Shown piece after piece: positions 20,281 to 30,247 of a stretch of 64,000 nt of DNA. How positions within the stretch are numbered: the first letter of the stretch is position 1; each line of letters begins with the position of its first letter. Where the stretch lies: contig CAVQEY010000004.1 of assembly GCA_963711615.1 (NCBI GenBank), forward strand, positions 38,617 through 102,616. The letters run 5' to 3'. The translations under genes were made by a program, and so were the position numbers. The stretch is from an uncultured Actinomycetota bacterium (GTDB taxonomy: Bacteria; Actinomycetota; Actinomycetes; Propionibacteriales; Nocardioidaceae). Below the pieces are notes generated by a model. The model ran no database searches and had not been told where the DNA came from. It was given only the letters and a program-made list of their open reading frames with translations.

Positions 20281-20838
20281 TCATACAGCACAGTTCCACT
20301 GCTCGATCACGGGCATCTCGTGGTAGTCGCCGAGCACCGAGATCGTCGTGGTGCCGAGCCGGAACAACCGTCCTTCCTCGACCGGCTGGTCGAGCCATCG
20401 GGCGGCGAGGGCGGGCAACGAGTGGCCGTGGGCGAACACCAAGGAGTTGCCGTCGACCGCACGGACGCGGGCGACGACCCGGTCGAGCCGTTCCGTCACC
20501 TGCTCGGGCGTCTCCCCGCCTGGGCTGGGGTGGGTCCAGACCGTCCAGTCCGGCACGCTCTCACGGATCTCGTCGGTGGTCAGGCCCTCGTAGTCGCCAT
20601 ATGACCACTCGACGAGGTCGTCGTCGACCTCAGCCTCGAAGCCGGCAAGCTCAGCGGTTCGCTGGGCCCGTCGACGTGGACTGGTCAGCACGAGCGAGAA
20701 CGTCTCGGCGGCCAGCACCGGTCGCAGCCGTTCGGCGGCCGCGACTCCGGCCTCGGTGAGGTCGATGTCGGTCGTGGACGTGTGACGTCCGGAGGCGCTC
20801 CACTCGGTCTCGCCGTGACGGACCAACCAGAGGCTCAC
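20281..20838 (-). CDS. Histidine phosphatase (phosphoglycerate mutase family)
   Basis: LVRHGETEWS, SPRRRAQRTA, EWSYGDYEG, FAHGH. Confidence 0.9.
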   Translation of the reverse strand: MSLWLVRHGETEWSASGRHTSTTDIDLTEAGVAAAERLRPVLAAETFSLVLTSPRRRAQRTAELAGFEAEVDDDLVEWSYGDYEGLTTDEIRESVPDWTVWTHPSPGGETPEQVTERLDRVVARVRAVDGNSLVFAHGHSLPALAARWLDQPVEEGRLFRLGTTTISVLGDYHEMPVIEQWNCAV

Positions 20839-21389
20839 TCTGACGAGCTCTGTGCATCTGGCCCATCCGGGCCGGGCCAGTTCTTGTCGGGCTGGGGCAC
20901 CGGTCGGCCGGGCTGCTCGCCGCCACGCTCCTCCAGGTAGGAGTCCTTGGGCACCATGACCTTGCGGCGGAAGATGCAGACGACCTTGCCGTCCTGGTTG
21001 TAGCCGATGGTCTCGACGTGGACGACGCCTCGATCGTCCTTGCTCTTGCTCTCCCACTTGTCGAGCACGGTGGTCTCGCCGTACAGGGTGTCGCCGTGGA
21101 ACGTCGGGGCCACGTGACGCAGCGACTCGATCTCGAGATTCGCGATGGCCTTGCCGGAGACGTCCGGGACGCTCATGCCGAGCAGGACGGAGTAGACGTA
21201 GTTGCCGACCACGACGTTGCGGCCGAACTGGGTCATCTCCTCGGCGTAGTGGGCGTCGAGGTGCAGCGGGTGGTGGTTCATCGTCAGCAGGCAGAACATG
21301 TGGTCGTCGAACTCGGTGACCGTCTTGCCCGGCCAGTGCTTGTAGGTGGCGCCGACCTCGAACTCTTCGTAGCTACGACCGAATTGCAT
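20835..21389 (-). CDS. MaoC-family dehydratase (candidate mesaconyl-CoA hydratase)
   Basis: MQFGRSYEEFEVG..YKHWPGKTVTE.DDH.FCLLTMNHHPLH, APTFHGDTLY hot-dog fold motifs. Confidence 0.85.
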   Translation of the reverse strand: MQFGRSYEEFEVGATYKHWPGKTVTEFDDHMFCLLTMNHHPLHLDAHYAEEMTQFGRNVVVGNYVYSVLLGMSVPDVSGKAIANLEIESLRHVAPTFHGDTLYGETTVLDKWESKSKDDRGVVHVETIGYNQDGKVVCIFRRKVMVPKDSYLEERGGEQPGRPVPQPDKNWPGPDGPDAQSSSE

Positions 21390-21418
21390 GACGCCCATCA
21401 TCGCGCAGGGCCTTGGGC

Positions 21419-21520
21419 CTCGATACGCCGGGCGGCTCCGCCGCAACGCACTCGACCTGGCCGGACGTTCCCTCTACTCGCTGGCGCTCGTGGGAGGTGC
21501 CCCCATCTCGCAGAGCTCGC
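21419..21520. repeat. REP-like intergenic element, copy 2
   Basis: 21419-21462 is the reverse complement of 11371-11414 (41/44 identical). 21476-21505 matches 11459-11488 (29/30). Confidence 0.8.
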
Positions 21521-21530
21521 TCAGCCCGTC

Positions 21531-22007
21531 TCAGAACGTCTGGGCGCGACCCGGCATCTTGGCGAGCAGCTCCTGGCCGCGGGCGAGGAGCTTGTGCTCG
21601 ACCAGCACCTCGTAGCGGGTGGCGACGACCTTGGTGACCGAGCTGAAGTCGCGCTGCCCGCGGGTGGCCCAGTAGCCGATGAGGCCCCAGACGACGCCGA
21701 ACACGACACCGAGAGCGACGCCGCCGAGCACGGTCGTGAGGTAGTTGCCCTCCTGCGCGAAGATCCCGAGCAGCAGCCCGATGAGGAGGCCGAGCCAGGC
21801 GCCCGACGCAGCGCCGGCCATGAGGACACGACCGGTGGTGAGACGGCCCGTCACACGCTCGACCTGCTTCAGGTCGGTGCCGACGATGAGGCAGTTCTCG
21901 ACCGGGAACTCCTCGTCGGACAGGTAGTCGACGGCCTTCTGGGCGTCGGCGTACGCGTCGAAGACGCCCAGCGACTGCGGGAACTGCAACGAGAAGATCT
22001 CAGGCAT
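21531..22007 (-). CDS. General stress protein-like membrane protein
   Basis: Y..AQKAVDYLSDE.FPV....IVG.DLK.VERVTGRLT, two TM helices, RDFSS.....ATRYEV. Confidence 0.75.
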   Translation of the reverse strand: MPEIFSLQFPQSLGVFDAYADAQKAVDYLSDEEFPVENCLIVGTDLKQVERVTGRLTTGRVLMAGAASGAWLGLLIGLLLGIFAQEGNYLTTVLGGVALGVVFGVVWGLIGYWATRGQRDFSSVTKVVATRYEVLVEHKLLARGQELLAKMPGRAQTF

Positions 22008-22029
22008 GCCGTCAGCCTACCGAGAGGGC

Positions 22030-23223
22030 TTATGCCTTGTAGTCCTCCAGCAGGCGACGCCCGATGATCATCTTCTGGATGTCGGCCGTGCCCTCGCCGA
22101 TGAGCAGCATCGGCGCCTCACGGTAGAGCCGCTCGATCTCGTACTCCTTGCTGTAGCCGTAGCCGCCGTGGATGCGGAACGAGTCCTCCACGACGTCGCG
22201 ACAAAACTCCGAGGCGAGGTACTTGGCCATGCCGGCCTCGAGGTCGTTGCGCTCACCGGCGTCCTTCTTGCGGGCCGCGTTGACGACCATGGCGTGCGCG
22301 GCCTCGACCTTGGTGCCCATCTCGGCGAGACGGAACAGGATGGCCTGGTGCTCGGCGATCTTCTTGCCGAACGTCTCACGCTGCTGGGAGTAGGCGATGC
22401 CGAGCTCGAACGCCCGGGTGGCCAGCCCCACCGCACGAGCGGCGACGTTGACGCGGCCCACCTCGACGCCGTCCATCATCTGGTAGAAGCCCTTGCCGGG
22501 CTCGCCGCCGAGGATCTGGTCGGCGGAGACCTGGTGGCCCTCGAAGATCATCTCGGTGGAGTCGACGCCCTTGTAGCCCATCTTCTCGAGCTTCCCGGGC
22601 ACGGTGAGGCCCGGAGCCGTCTCGCCGAAGCCCGGCTCCTTCTCGACCAGGAAGGTCGTCATGTTCTTGTAGACGGAGTCGGCACCCTCGTCGGTCTTGA
22701 CGAGCACGGCCACGAGGTTCGACGAGCCGCCGTTCGTGATCCACATCTTCTGGCCGTCGATCGTGTAGTTGCCGTCGTCGCCCTTGGTGGCCTTGGTCGT
22801 GATGGCCGAGACGTCCGACCCGAGCGCCGGCTCCGACATCGAGAACGCGCCGCGCACCTCGCCGGTGGCCATCTTGGGCAGGTACTTCTTCTTCTGCTCC
22901 TCGGTGCCGTGCTGCATGAGCATGTAGGCGACGATGAAGTGTGTGTTGATGACGCCGGAGACGCTCATCCAGCCGCGGGCGATCTCCTCGACGACCAGCG
23001 CATACGTCAGCAGCGACTCGCCCAGCCCGTCGTACTCCTCGGGAATCATCAGGCCGAAGATCCCGAGATCCTTGAGGCCCTCGACGATGTCGGTGGGGTA
23101 CTCGTCCTTGTGCTCCAGCTCAGTGGCGACCGGCAGGATCTCCTTCTCGACGAACTGGCGGACGACCTTGAGGATCTCTTGCTGCTCCTCGGTCAGACCG
23201 TCGGTGGTGGCGAGGCGACCCAT
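22030..23223 (-). CDS. Acyl-CoA dehydrogenase (candidate methylsuccinyl-CoA dehydrogenase)
   Basis: GAFSMSEPALGSDV, GQKMWITNG, KMGYKG, RIHGGYGYSKEYEIERLYR, IGEGTADIQ. Confidence 0.92.
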   Translation of the reverse strand: MGRLATTDGLTEEQQEILKVVRQFVEKEILPVATELEHKDEYPTDIVEGLKDLGIFGLMIPEEYDGLGESLLTYALVVEEIARGWMSVSGVINTHFIVAYMLMQHGTEEQKKKYLPKMATGEVRGAFSMSEPALGSDVSAITTKATKGDDGNYTIDGQKMWITNGGSSNLVAVLVKTDEGADSVYKNMTTFLVEKEPGFGETAPGLTVPGKLEKMGYKGVDSTEMIFEGHQVSADQILGGEPGKGFYQMMDGVEVGRVNVAARAVGLATRAFELGIAYSQQRETFGKKIAEHQAILFRLAEMGTKVEAAHAMVVNAARKKDAGERNDLEAGMAKYLASEFCRDVVEDSFRIHGGYGYSKEYEIERLYREAPMLLIGEGTADIQKMIIGRRLLEDYKA

Positions 23224-23278
23224 GGGAACTCCTGTGTCGGGGGGAATCGGATTCGTGACCCGGTGATCCTATCGGCTC

Positions 23279-24151
23279 TCAATCCGCCTGCACGGGGGCC
23301 GGTGGTGGACGCTGAGACGTCACCACCGCGAGCCCGATGAGGATCATCACCAGGCCGGCATAGACGCCCCACGCCGGCGACTGCCCGAGGAACACCCCGG
23401 CGAGCAACGCCGCCACAGGCACCTCGAGGAGCAGCAGCAACGAGATGACGACCGGGCTCATGACGGCGAGGAGGTGGTTGAGCAGCGAGTGCCCGAAGAG
23501 CTGGGCCGACACCGTGACGGCACCGATCAGGAGCCAGGTCCGCGTCGAGAACCCGGTCAGCTCGGTGCCGGTGGCCAGGCAGAGCACCGCGAGCAGGACG
23601 GCGCAGATCCCGTAGCAGGTGACGGTGTAGGCAGTGGTCGACAGGCGGGTGCGCACGGACTGGCCGGAGATCAGGTAGACCGCCGCGAAGAAGCCGCCGA
23701 CCACGGCGAGGGCGTCGCCGGCGAGCGCGCGGCGCGAGAGCGCGAAGTCGACGCCGGTCACCACGAGGACGCCGGCAATGGCGACCGCGAGCCCGAGGAT
23801 CACCGCCGGCGCGAGCCGGACGCCGCGCAGCCGGTCGTACAGCACCACCCACACGATCTGGGCGCAGACCAGCGCCGTCGCGGCAGCGACCGACGTCAGC
23901 TTGAGCGCCGACACCCAGGTGGCGAAGTGGCCGGCCAGGGCGACGCCCGCGAGCGCCGTGGCCATCCAGTGCCGGCGCCCGAGGGACGCGAGCTCGTCGC
24001 GCGACCGGGTCAGGGCTACGGGCGCGATCAGGACCGACGCCGCGGCATTGCGCCAGAAGGCGATCGCGAAGGCGGGAGCGGCGGCCGCCGCCATCAGCGG
24101 CCCGGACAACGAGACACCCAGGACCGCGACGGCAGCGAGGAACGGGGTCAC
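23279..24151 (-). CDS. DMT/EamA transporter
   Basis: About 10 TM segments in two repeats; AIAFWR, GHFATW, LLEVP. Confidence 0.88.
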   Translation of the reverse strand: MTPFLAAVAVLGVSLSGPLMAAAAAPAFAIAFWRNAAASVLIAPVALTRSRDELASLGRRHWMATALAGVALAGHFATWVSALKLTSVAAATALVCAQIVWVVLYDRLRGVRLAPAVILGLAVAIAGVLVVTGVDFALSRRALAGDALAVVGGFFAAVYLISGQSVRTRLSTTAYTVTCYGICAVLLAVLCLATGTELTGFSTRTWLLIGAVTVSAQLFGHSLLNHLLAVMSPVVISLLLLLEVPVAALLAGVFLGQSPAWGVYAGLVMILIGLAVVTSQRPPPAPVQAD

Positions 24152-24163
24152 TGCCCCAGCAGA

Positions 24164-24290
24164 TCAGGAACAAGGTTCGGCGTCGACCTTGCCCCGTCGA
24201 CGCCGCAGTGCGGCGAGGAGCCCGGCGGCCAGGGCCGCGAGCACGACGAGACCCCCGAGGATCCATGGCGACCGCGCGTCGCTCGGCCCC
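24164..24290 (-). pseudogene. C-terminal membrane-anchor fragment of a lost gene
   Basis: PSDARSPWILGGLVVLAALAAGLLAALRRRRGKVDAEPCS*: TM plus basic tail with no plausible N-terminal part. Confidence 0.45.
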
Positions 24291-24458
24291 AAGCCGGGCA
24301 CGCAGGTGCCGGTGCGTTTCGACCCGGACGAGCCGTCCCGCGCGATGATCGACACCTACGTGCAGGGCGGTCGCATCCTCTACCCCATCGGCATCTTCGT
24401 GCTGACGCTCGGGCTGATCGTGCTGCTCGTGGCGGGCTGGTCAGCCGGCGCCGCCTGA
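24285..24458 (+). pseudogene. C-terminal fragment of a DUF3592-like membrane protein
   Basis: GTQVPVRFDPDEPSRAMI followed by a TM helix and a stop; N-terminal half absent. Confidence 0.5.
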
Positions 24459-24590
24459 GCGCTGCAACGCTCGATTTTTGCCGATTTTCCGGGTTTTCCT
24501 GACACGGGCCCATAGCATGCGCCACTCTGGTCACTCTGACCTCAGAAGTTGTCACGAGCCATTCGGGGACGACAGGTAAGGGGTGGGCGC

Positions 24591-26027
24591 ATGGCCGTAT
24601 CACGACTCCACGTTCGTCACCTCGCCGCCGTCACGATCGTTGCCGCGAGCACCCTCGCTGGCCTCGCCACTGCGGCGTCGGACACCACGGACTGGGTGGG
24701 GAACCCGACCTTCGCGATCAACACGTCGTCGTGGACCGTCTCGTCGTACGGCCGGCTCACGGCGCTGGAGTCCTCAGACGTCCCCTATGGCCGACTGACA
24801 TCGCGGGATGGCAGACGGACGGTTCACATGACGTCTCTTCCCTCCACCAAGCTGCTGCCCGAGGGCTCCACGATGACGATCAAGCTCGAGGTCAGGACAC
24901 CGAAACCCACCGTCAAGATCGGCGTCCAGGCGCGCGAGCTCGACGACGAGGGCCTCATCGTCGCATCAACGACGTGGACGAGCTCCAGCGGCAGCAGCGC
25001 ATGGCGCTCGCCCAAGGTCACGCTCACGACCCGTGCGACCGGCCACCGGTTCGCCCTGCGCATCACCGCTTACTCCATGCCCGAATCGAAGAGCCTCAGG
25101 GTTCGCGACATCGAGGCCACACTGACCGCACCAACCCCGACGCCGACACCCAGTCCAGCTTCGACGTCGAGCCCGCCGCCGCCTCCGTCGACGGCGTCCG
25201 ACCTGCCCGTGGCCGGGTATACGCACGGTAGCGCGGGGGTCAGGCCGTGCAGCGCCAGCCAGCTCGAGCAGCTCGATTACAGTCGCGCCGATCAGGGTGA
25301 GCTCGCCTGGGCCGACGAGTTCGAGGGGACGGGCGTCGACACCGCTCGCTGGCGGGTTCGCGACGAGACCACTCTGTCGTTCGACCAAGCGCGCATCATG
25401 GCCGCGAACGTCGGCGTGAGCGACGGCAGGCTGTCGATCACAGGCCGTCGACAGACCATCGCCGGCCGCGACTACACGACCGGATACCTCGACACCATCG
25501 GCAAGTTTTCCCGCCAGTACGGCCGATGGGAGATCCGGGCGAAGCTGCCCACCGCTCCCCAGATCTCGCGGGGTCTGTGGCCGGCCTTCTGGTTGCGCGC
25601 CGACCAGCTGCCCGGCGAGGTCGACATCATGGAGGCTTGGGGTGATCCGTCGTCTCGGGAGCCCAACTCGCTCGCGACCTCCTATGCATGGACGGTCCAC
25701 GAGAACACCAACAGCCCTCCCGGCAGCCAGAGGTTCGGCGGGTGGGGACACCTGAAGACCCCCATCGCCGACTCGTTCCACGTCTGGGCCGTCGACTGGT
25801 CGCCCATGTGCTTGAAGTTCACCATGAATGGCGTGACGACCGGATCAATAGCCCTGGAGAGTGCGCCTTGGATCGCGCCCTCGCTGGCCGGCCCGGTCAA
25901 CATCAGGTTGAACATGCAGATCGGCAGCAACTACTGGGGTCTGGCCGACTCCGCAAGGCCCGAAGAGACGAAGCTGCCGGCGACGTATCTCGTCGACTAC
26001 GTGCGCGTCTACCGACCAGTGGGCTGA
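24591..26027 (+). CDS. Secreted GH16 glycoside hydrolase with N-terminal CBM-like domain
   Basis: Signal peptide, NPTF..W beta domain, Pro/Thr linker, WADEF, GLWPAFWL, catalytic EVDIME (ExDxxE), VDYVRVY. Confidence 0.9.
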   Translation: MAVSRLHVRHLAAVTIVAASTLAGLATAASDTTDWVGNPTFAINTSSWTVSSYGRLTALESSDVPYGRLTSRDGRRTVHMTSLPSTKLLPEGSTMTIKLEVRTPKPTVKIGVQARELDDEGLIVASTTWTSSSGSSAWRSPKVTLTTRATGHRFALRITAYSMPESKSLRVRDIEATLTAPTPTPTPSPASTSSPPPPPSTASDLPVAGYTHGSAGVRPCSASQLEQLDYSRADQGELAWADEFEGTGVDTARWRVRDETTLSFDQARIMAANVGVSDGRLSITGRRQTIAGRDYTTGYLDTIGKFSRQYGRWEIRAKLPTAPQISRGLWPAFWLRADQLPGEVDIMEAWGDPSSREPNSLATSYAWTVHENTNSPPGSQRFGGWGHLKTPIADSFHVWAVDWSPMCLKFTMNGVTTGSIALESAPWIAPSLAGPVNIRLNMQIGSNYWGLADSARPEETKLPATYLVDYVRVYRPVG

Positions 26028-26064
26028 GCAGATCACCTTCGCTCTGACGGGTATCTGGATCCTG

Positions 26065-27195
26065 TCAGCGCACCTTGGCCTTCGTCGACGCCGATCGCGT
26101 CTCGCCGTCGCCGCTGTAGAAGACCCGCACCTTCTTCGCCGCTCCCTCGCCGATGTCGGTGAGCGAGATCGACGCCCGTCCGTCCACGAGCGCAACCGAG
26201 ACGTGCTCGGACATCTTGGTGGACAGCTCGATCTCTCCCGTCGCGGGCGCACCGGTGGCGCGGTGCGTCACCCTGACGACGACATCGATCTTGCGCTTGC
26301 GGGCGGTGGCCTGGATGTTGATCTTTGCGGTCGACCGGAGCGCAACGTCGACCCCTTCCGCCGGTGACGCGGCTGTGACCATGAACGATCCGGCGGAACG
26401 ATACTTCGGTCCCCCGAACCATGCCTTCTCGAAATCGCCCTCGACGTCGTCGAACGCCCGGAGCCGGTAGGTGCCGGTAGGCACATCGTCGACCCTGAAT
26501 CGACCGCTGCCAGTGGTGGTCGCCGATCCCACGACGGTCTTGTCGGAGTCGACGACCTCGACGCGCAAACCCGGCAGGCCGCGTCCGTGGACGTTCGTGA
26601 CCGATCCACTGACCGCCCCGGGTATGCGACGCGGCTGATCCTCCGGCTCCGGCTCAACGAGCCTCGGTTCGTCGTGGAGTGCTTCGGGAACGATCGACAA
26701 CATTGCGGCAGGATCCTCCACCACCACAGGATCCTCCACCACCACAGGATCCTCCACCACCACAGGATCCTCCACCACCACAGGATCCTCCACCACCACA
26801 GGATCCTCCACCACCACAGGATCCTCCACCACCACAGGATCCTCCACCACCACAGGATCCTCCACCACCACAGGATCCTCCACGACGGACAACGCTCGCT
26901 CGGCCTCCTCTTCGAAACGGGCCCGCGGGTTGGCGCGCTCAGGCTCGAAACCGACGACCCGTCCAACGTTGCTGGGTGCGGGACCGAAGGGATGGAAGGA
27001 GGGCGCAGACGGGACCGCCAACCGCTGGTATGAAACTGGCTCGCCGGTAGCGCTCGCCGACTCGTTTCCTTGAGTGGACGGATCCAGTGCGATCTCGTCG
27101 AGCATGCGGCGGGCGGAGTCGGCCGCTCGCGACACTGCGGCAGCCGCGGCAAGTGTGGCGGCTACGCGCATCGCCGAGCGGATAACGTGACTCAT
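26065..27195 (-). CDS. Protein with (VEDPVV)n tract, carboxypeptidase-regulatory-like domain and Ig-like C-terminus
   Basis: GAVSGSVTNVHGRGLPGLRVEV...GRFRVDDVPTGTYRL; C-terminal beta domain ...VFYSGD. Confidence 0.7.
   Translation of the reverse strand: MSHVIRSAMRVAATLAAAAAVSRAADSARRMLDEIALDPSTQGNESASATGEPVSYQRLAVPSAPSFHPFGPAPSNVGRVVGFEPERANPRARFEEEAERALSVVEDPVVVEDPVVVEDPVVVEDPVVVEDPVVVEDPVVVEDPVVVEDPVVVEDPVVVEDPAAMLSIVPEALHDEPRLVEPEPEDQPRRIPGAVSGSVTNVHGRGLPGLRVEVVDSDKTVVGSATTTGSGRFRVDDVPTGTYRLRAFDDVEGDFEKAWFGGPKYRSAGSFMVTAASPAEGVDVALRSTAKINIQATARKRKIDVVVRVTHRATGAPATGEIELSTKMSEHVSVALVDGRASISLTDIGEGAAKKVRVFYSGDGETRSASTKAKVR
26710..26883. repeat. Perfect 18-bp tandem repeat (AGGATCCTCCACCACCAC) x9 plus a 12-bp partial unit
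   Basis: Counted directly; encodes VEDPVV on the minus strand. Confidence 0.97.
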
Positions 27196-27264
27196 GTGCT
27201 TCCCTTCGTCAGACCCCTGAGCGGTGTAGGTTCACGGCTATCAGAGGTCGCCCCGATCGAATCC

Positions 27265-27276
27265 TGACGAATTCCG
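27265..27276 (+). promoter_or_regulatory. Candidate island regulatory motif TGACGAATTCCG, copy 1
   Basis: Identical 12-mer at 35140-35151 and 11/12 match at 37623-37634, all intergenic. Confidence 0.45.
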
Positions 27277-27314
27277 TCCGATCTGCGTGGATTCCGTCAT
27301 GACCGCACGGTTCG

Positions 27315-30234
27315 ATGCTCATCTTGGGGGAACCCGTCCACGACGGGCTCACCGACGTGACCGGCCCAAACCGAAGGATGCGCGTGAGAGCTCCACGACC
27401 CACGAACCTCCGGCAGGTCCTACTGCTCCTGCTGCTGTTTCTGATTCCCGCCGTAGCCCTCATGGGCTCGCCGGCGCAGTCGGCTGTCGTCATCGACGGT
27501 TCCGCTTCGCACCGCGCTGCCGCATCCTGCTGGGAGATCAAGCAGAACCAGCCGAGCGCCACCGACGGACGGTACTGGCTGATCACCCCGCAGCTGAAGA
27601 CACCGGCCCAGTTCTACTGCGACATGACCACCGACGGCGGAGGCTGGGTGCTGGTCGGCCGAGGTCGCGACGGATGGATGTGGGACGGCAACGGCAAGGG
27701 GACGATCGATCAGGTCTCGTCCACCGTCACCGGCACGGCCGCCTTTTCGCCTCGTCAGCTACCGAGCTCCGCCGTCAATGGCCTGCTTGGCGGTCGCCGC
27801 CTGGACTCGCTGACCGATGGCGTTCGGCTGCGCCGTGCCACGAACACGGGCGGAACGAACTGGCAGGACGTGCGATTCAAGTTCAAGTCCCGCGACCGCT
27901 GGTCATGGGCATTCGGCGCCGGGCATCCCGATCGCGTCGTTCACGATGGACGGCGCAAGCGGCTCCAACACGAGTACCCGTGACTTCGGAACCAACTCAG
28001 TCGCTCAACCGGGTCAGAACCTTCGAGACGTCGGTCAACAACTTCGTCCGCGGCTTCACGTTCGGCCAGAGCGGCAGCGGCACCAGCGACCCGAACGAGC
28101 TTCGTGTACTCCACCGTCGGTGGGTATGGCGCGCCGTTCACCCAGGTCTTTCTCCGGCCGAAGATCAACACGGCCGACTTGTCGTATGACGCGATCCCGG
28201 ACTCGGGAACATCGGCGGAGACGGCCCTGCCGGTTGCCAAGAACGGTGCGCTGCCGGCGACGTGGGGAGTGACCGGGACCGGCGCTGGCGGCAGTGGCGA
28301 GCTCGCCACCGAAGTGCAAGCCTTCGCGCAGGTGGGCGGCACCATGTACGTCGGCGGAAACTTCACCACCGTCCAGAAGGGAGCGGGTGCCACCGGTGCG
28401 GACCGTGTCAGTCAGGCCTACCTTGCCGCGTTCGACGCGTCGACCGGGGACTGGATCAGCTCGTTCCGTCCGACGTTCAACAACCAGGTCAAGGCGCTCG
28501 CGGCGCTGCCGGGCAACAGGCTCGCGGTCGGCGGCACCTTCACCAACGTCAACGGCGTGGCTCGCACCGGACTGATCGTGCTGGACCTTTCGACTGGTTC
28601 CCTCGACCCAAGCTGGGACTCGAATGTCGAGAACCGTGTGGGCGGCGGCGACCCGGTCTCGGTGCGCGGACTCGACGTGAGCGACAACCACCTCTATGCC
28701 GCGGGATCCTTCTCGCACTTCGTGCGTGGTACGTCTGCCGTCTTCGCACGCAACGGGGCCAGGCTGTCGCTGGCCACGGGCCGCGCCGACGGCGGCTGGA
28801 ACCCCAACTTCAACGGCACGAGCATCTGCCGTCGATGTCGACGACGACGGATCTCGTGTCTACTTCTCGGGCTACTTCACCAAGTCAGGCGCGGCGACAG
28901 CCGATCGGGGGGCGGCGGTCGGCACCGGCGCATCCGCTGCACTCGTGAGTCCTCCGTGGCAGCCGACTCACTCCTCGACCGGAGCGCGAACTATCAGCAG
29001 GCGGTCAAGCAGGTCGCCGACAAGGTCTGGCTCGGCGGTTCGCAGCACAACATGTTCGCCTACGACACGTCGACGTTCGCCCTGAAGAGCGCATTGGGTG
29101 AGCCGGGCCGGCGGCGACATCCAGGCCATCGACGGGAACGATCACGTGGCCTACAGCGGCTGCCACTGCGGCGACTGGAATTACGCCACCACCCAGTACG
29201 ACGGTCTCAGTCCCGGTCAGTCCACCGTGACTTGGACGCAGGCCGAGAAGATCTCCCTCGTCGGGGCCTACCGTGCCGACACCGGCGCCTACATCCCCGA
29301 GTTCGCGCCACAGTGGAAGTCGCGAGGCGGATTCGGCTCGTGGGCGCTGAAGGTCGACACCGACGGGACGCTGTGGGCCGGCGGGTCGTTCGAGTCAGCC
29401 GTCAGGGAGAACGGCGCGAATCAGTGGGTCGGTGGATTCGTCCGATTCGACCAGCGCCCGCACACCGCTCCCGACAAGCCGACAGCGCCATCGGCCACCC
29501 TGACGGACGACGTCGCCCATGTGTCGTGGAGCAACGGATCTACGGCCGGTGCGACGTACGAGATCATCCGCAACGATCGCGTCGTGGCCACGTCGACCGG
29601 ATCGTCGGCCAACGTGCCGGACTCGGCTCCGGGCGACAAGTTCTTCGTCCGCGCATCGGACGGCGCGGGCAACCGGTCGGCATCGACCTCGGCCGTGCAG
29701 CCGACCGGGGGAACAAGCACCACGGTGCTGGCTGCCGGGAGTACGTGGCGGTACCTCTTCGACAACAACGTCACTGTGGACGCCTCGTGGAAGCAATCGA
29801 CGTTCAACGACTCGGCGTGGCGGTCTGGCCCAGCGCCCCTGGGGTGGGGCACGAGTGGCCCGATCGCGACCAACATCGACGTCCCCTCCGGGCAGACTCG
29901 CGCCATCACGTCGTATCACCGGGCAACGTTCAATGTTGCCAATCCCGGTGCGTTCAGCTCGTTCGATCTGACCACGCGCGCCGACGACGGGCTCGTGGTC
30001 TACGTCAACGGCACCGAGGTGAGGCGCGCCAACCTTCCCGCGGGAACGATCACCCGAACCACGTACGCCACGGCTGCCCCCTCGACGGCCACAGCGGTCG
30101 CCAATCCGGTCACGGCGCAGATCCCCGCGAACCTGATCCAAAGCGGCTCGAACACGATCGCCGTGGAAGTGCACTCGAACTACCGGTCGACGCCGAACAC
30201 CAGCCTGGACGTCGCGATCACCGCGAAACCTTAG
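27315..30234 (+). pseudogene. Large secreted protein (fibrinogen-like YCDxxxxGGGW domain, beta-propeller-like repeats, FN3, galactose-binding-like domain) interrupted by about 6 frameshifts
   Basis: Coding sense hops frames near 27927, 27997, 28097, 28827, 28985 and 29097. Motifs SCWEIK, FYCDMTTDGGGWVLVG, MYVGGNFT, LAVGGTFT, GCHCG, LWAGG, FN3 VSWS..AT.YEI.RND. True start may be ATG 27378. Confidence 0.75.
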
Positions 30235-30247
30235 GAGCACCAGCCGC

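Noticed and set aside
26710-26883. 18-bp array as a CRISPR array
   Set aside because: Units are contiguous with no spacers, lie in frame inside a CDS, and no cas genes are present.
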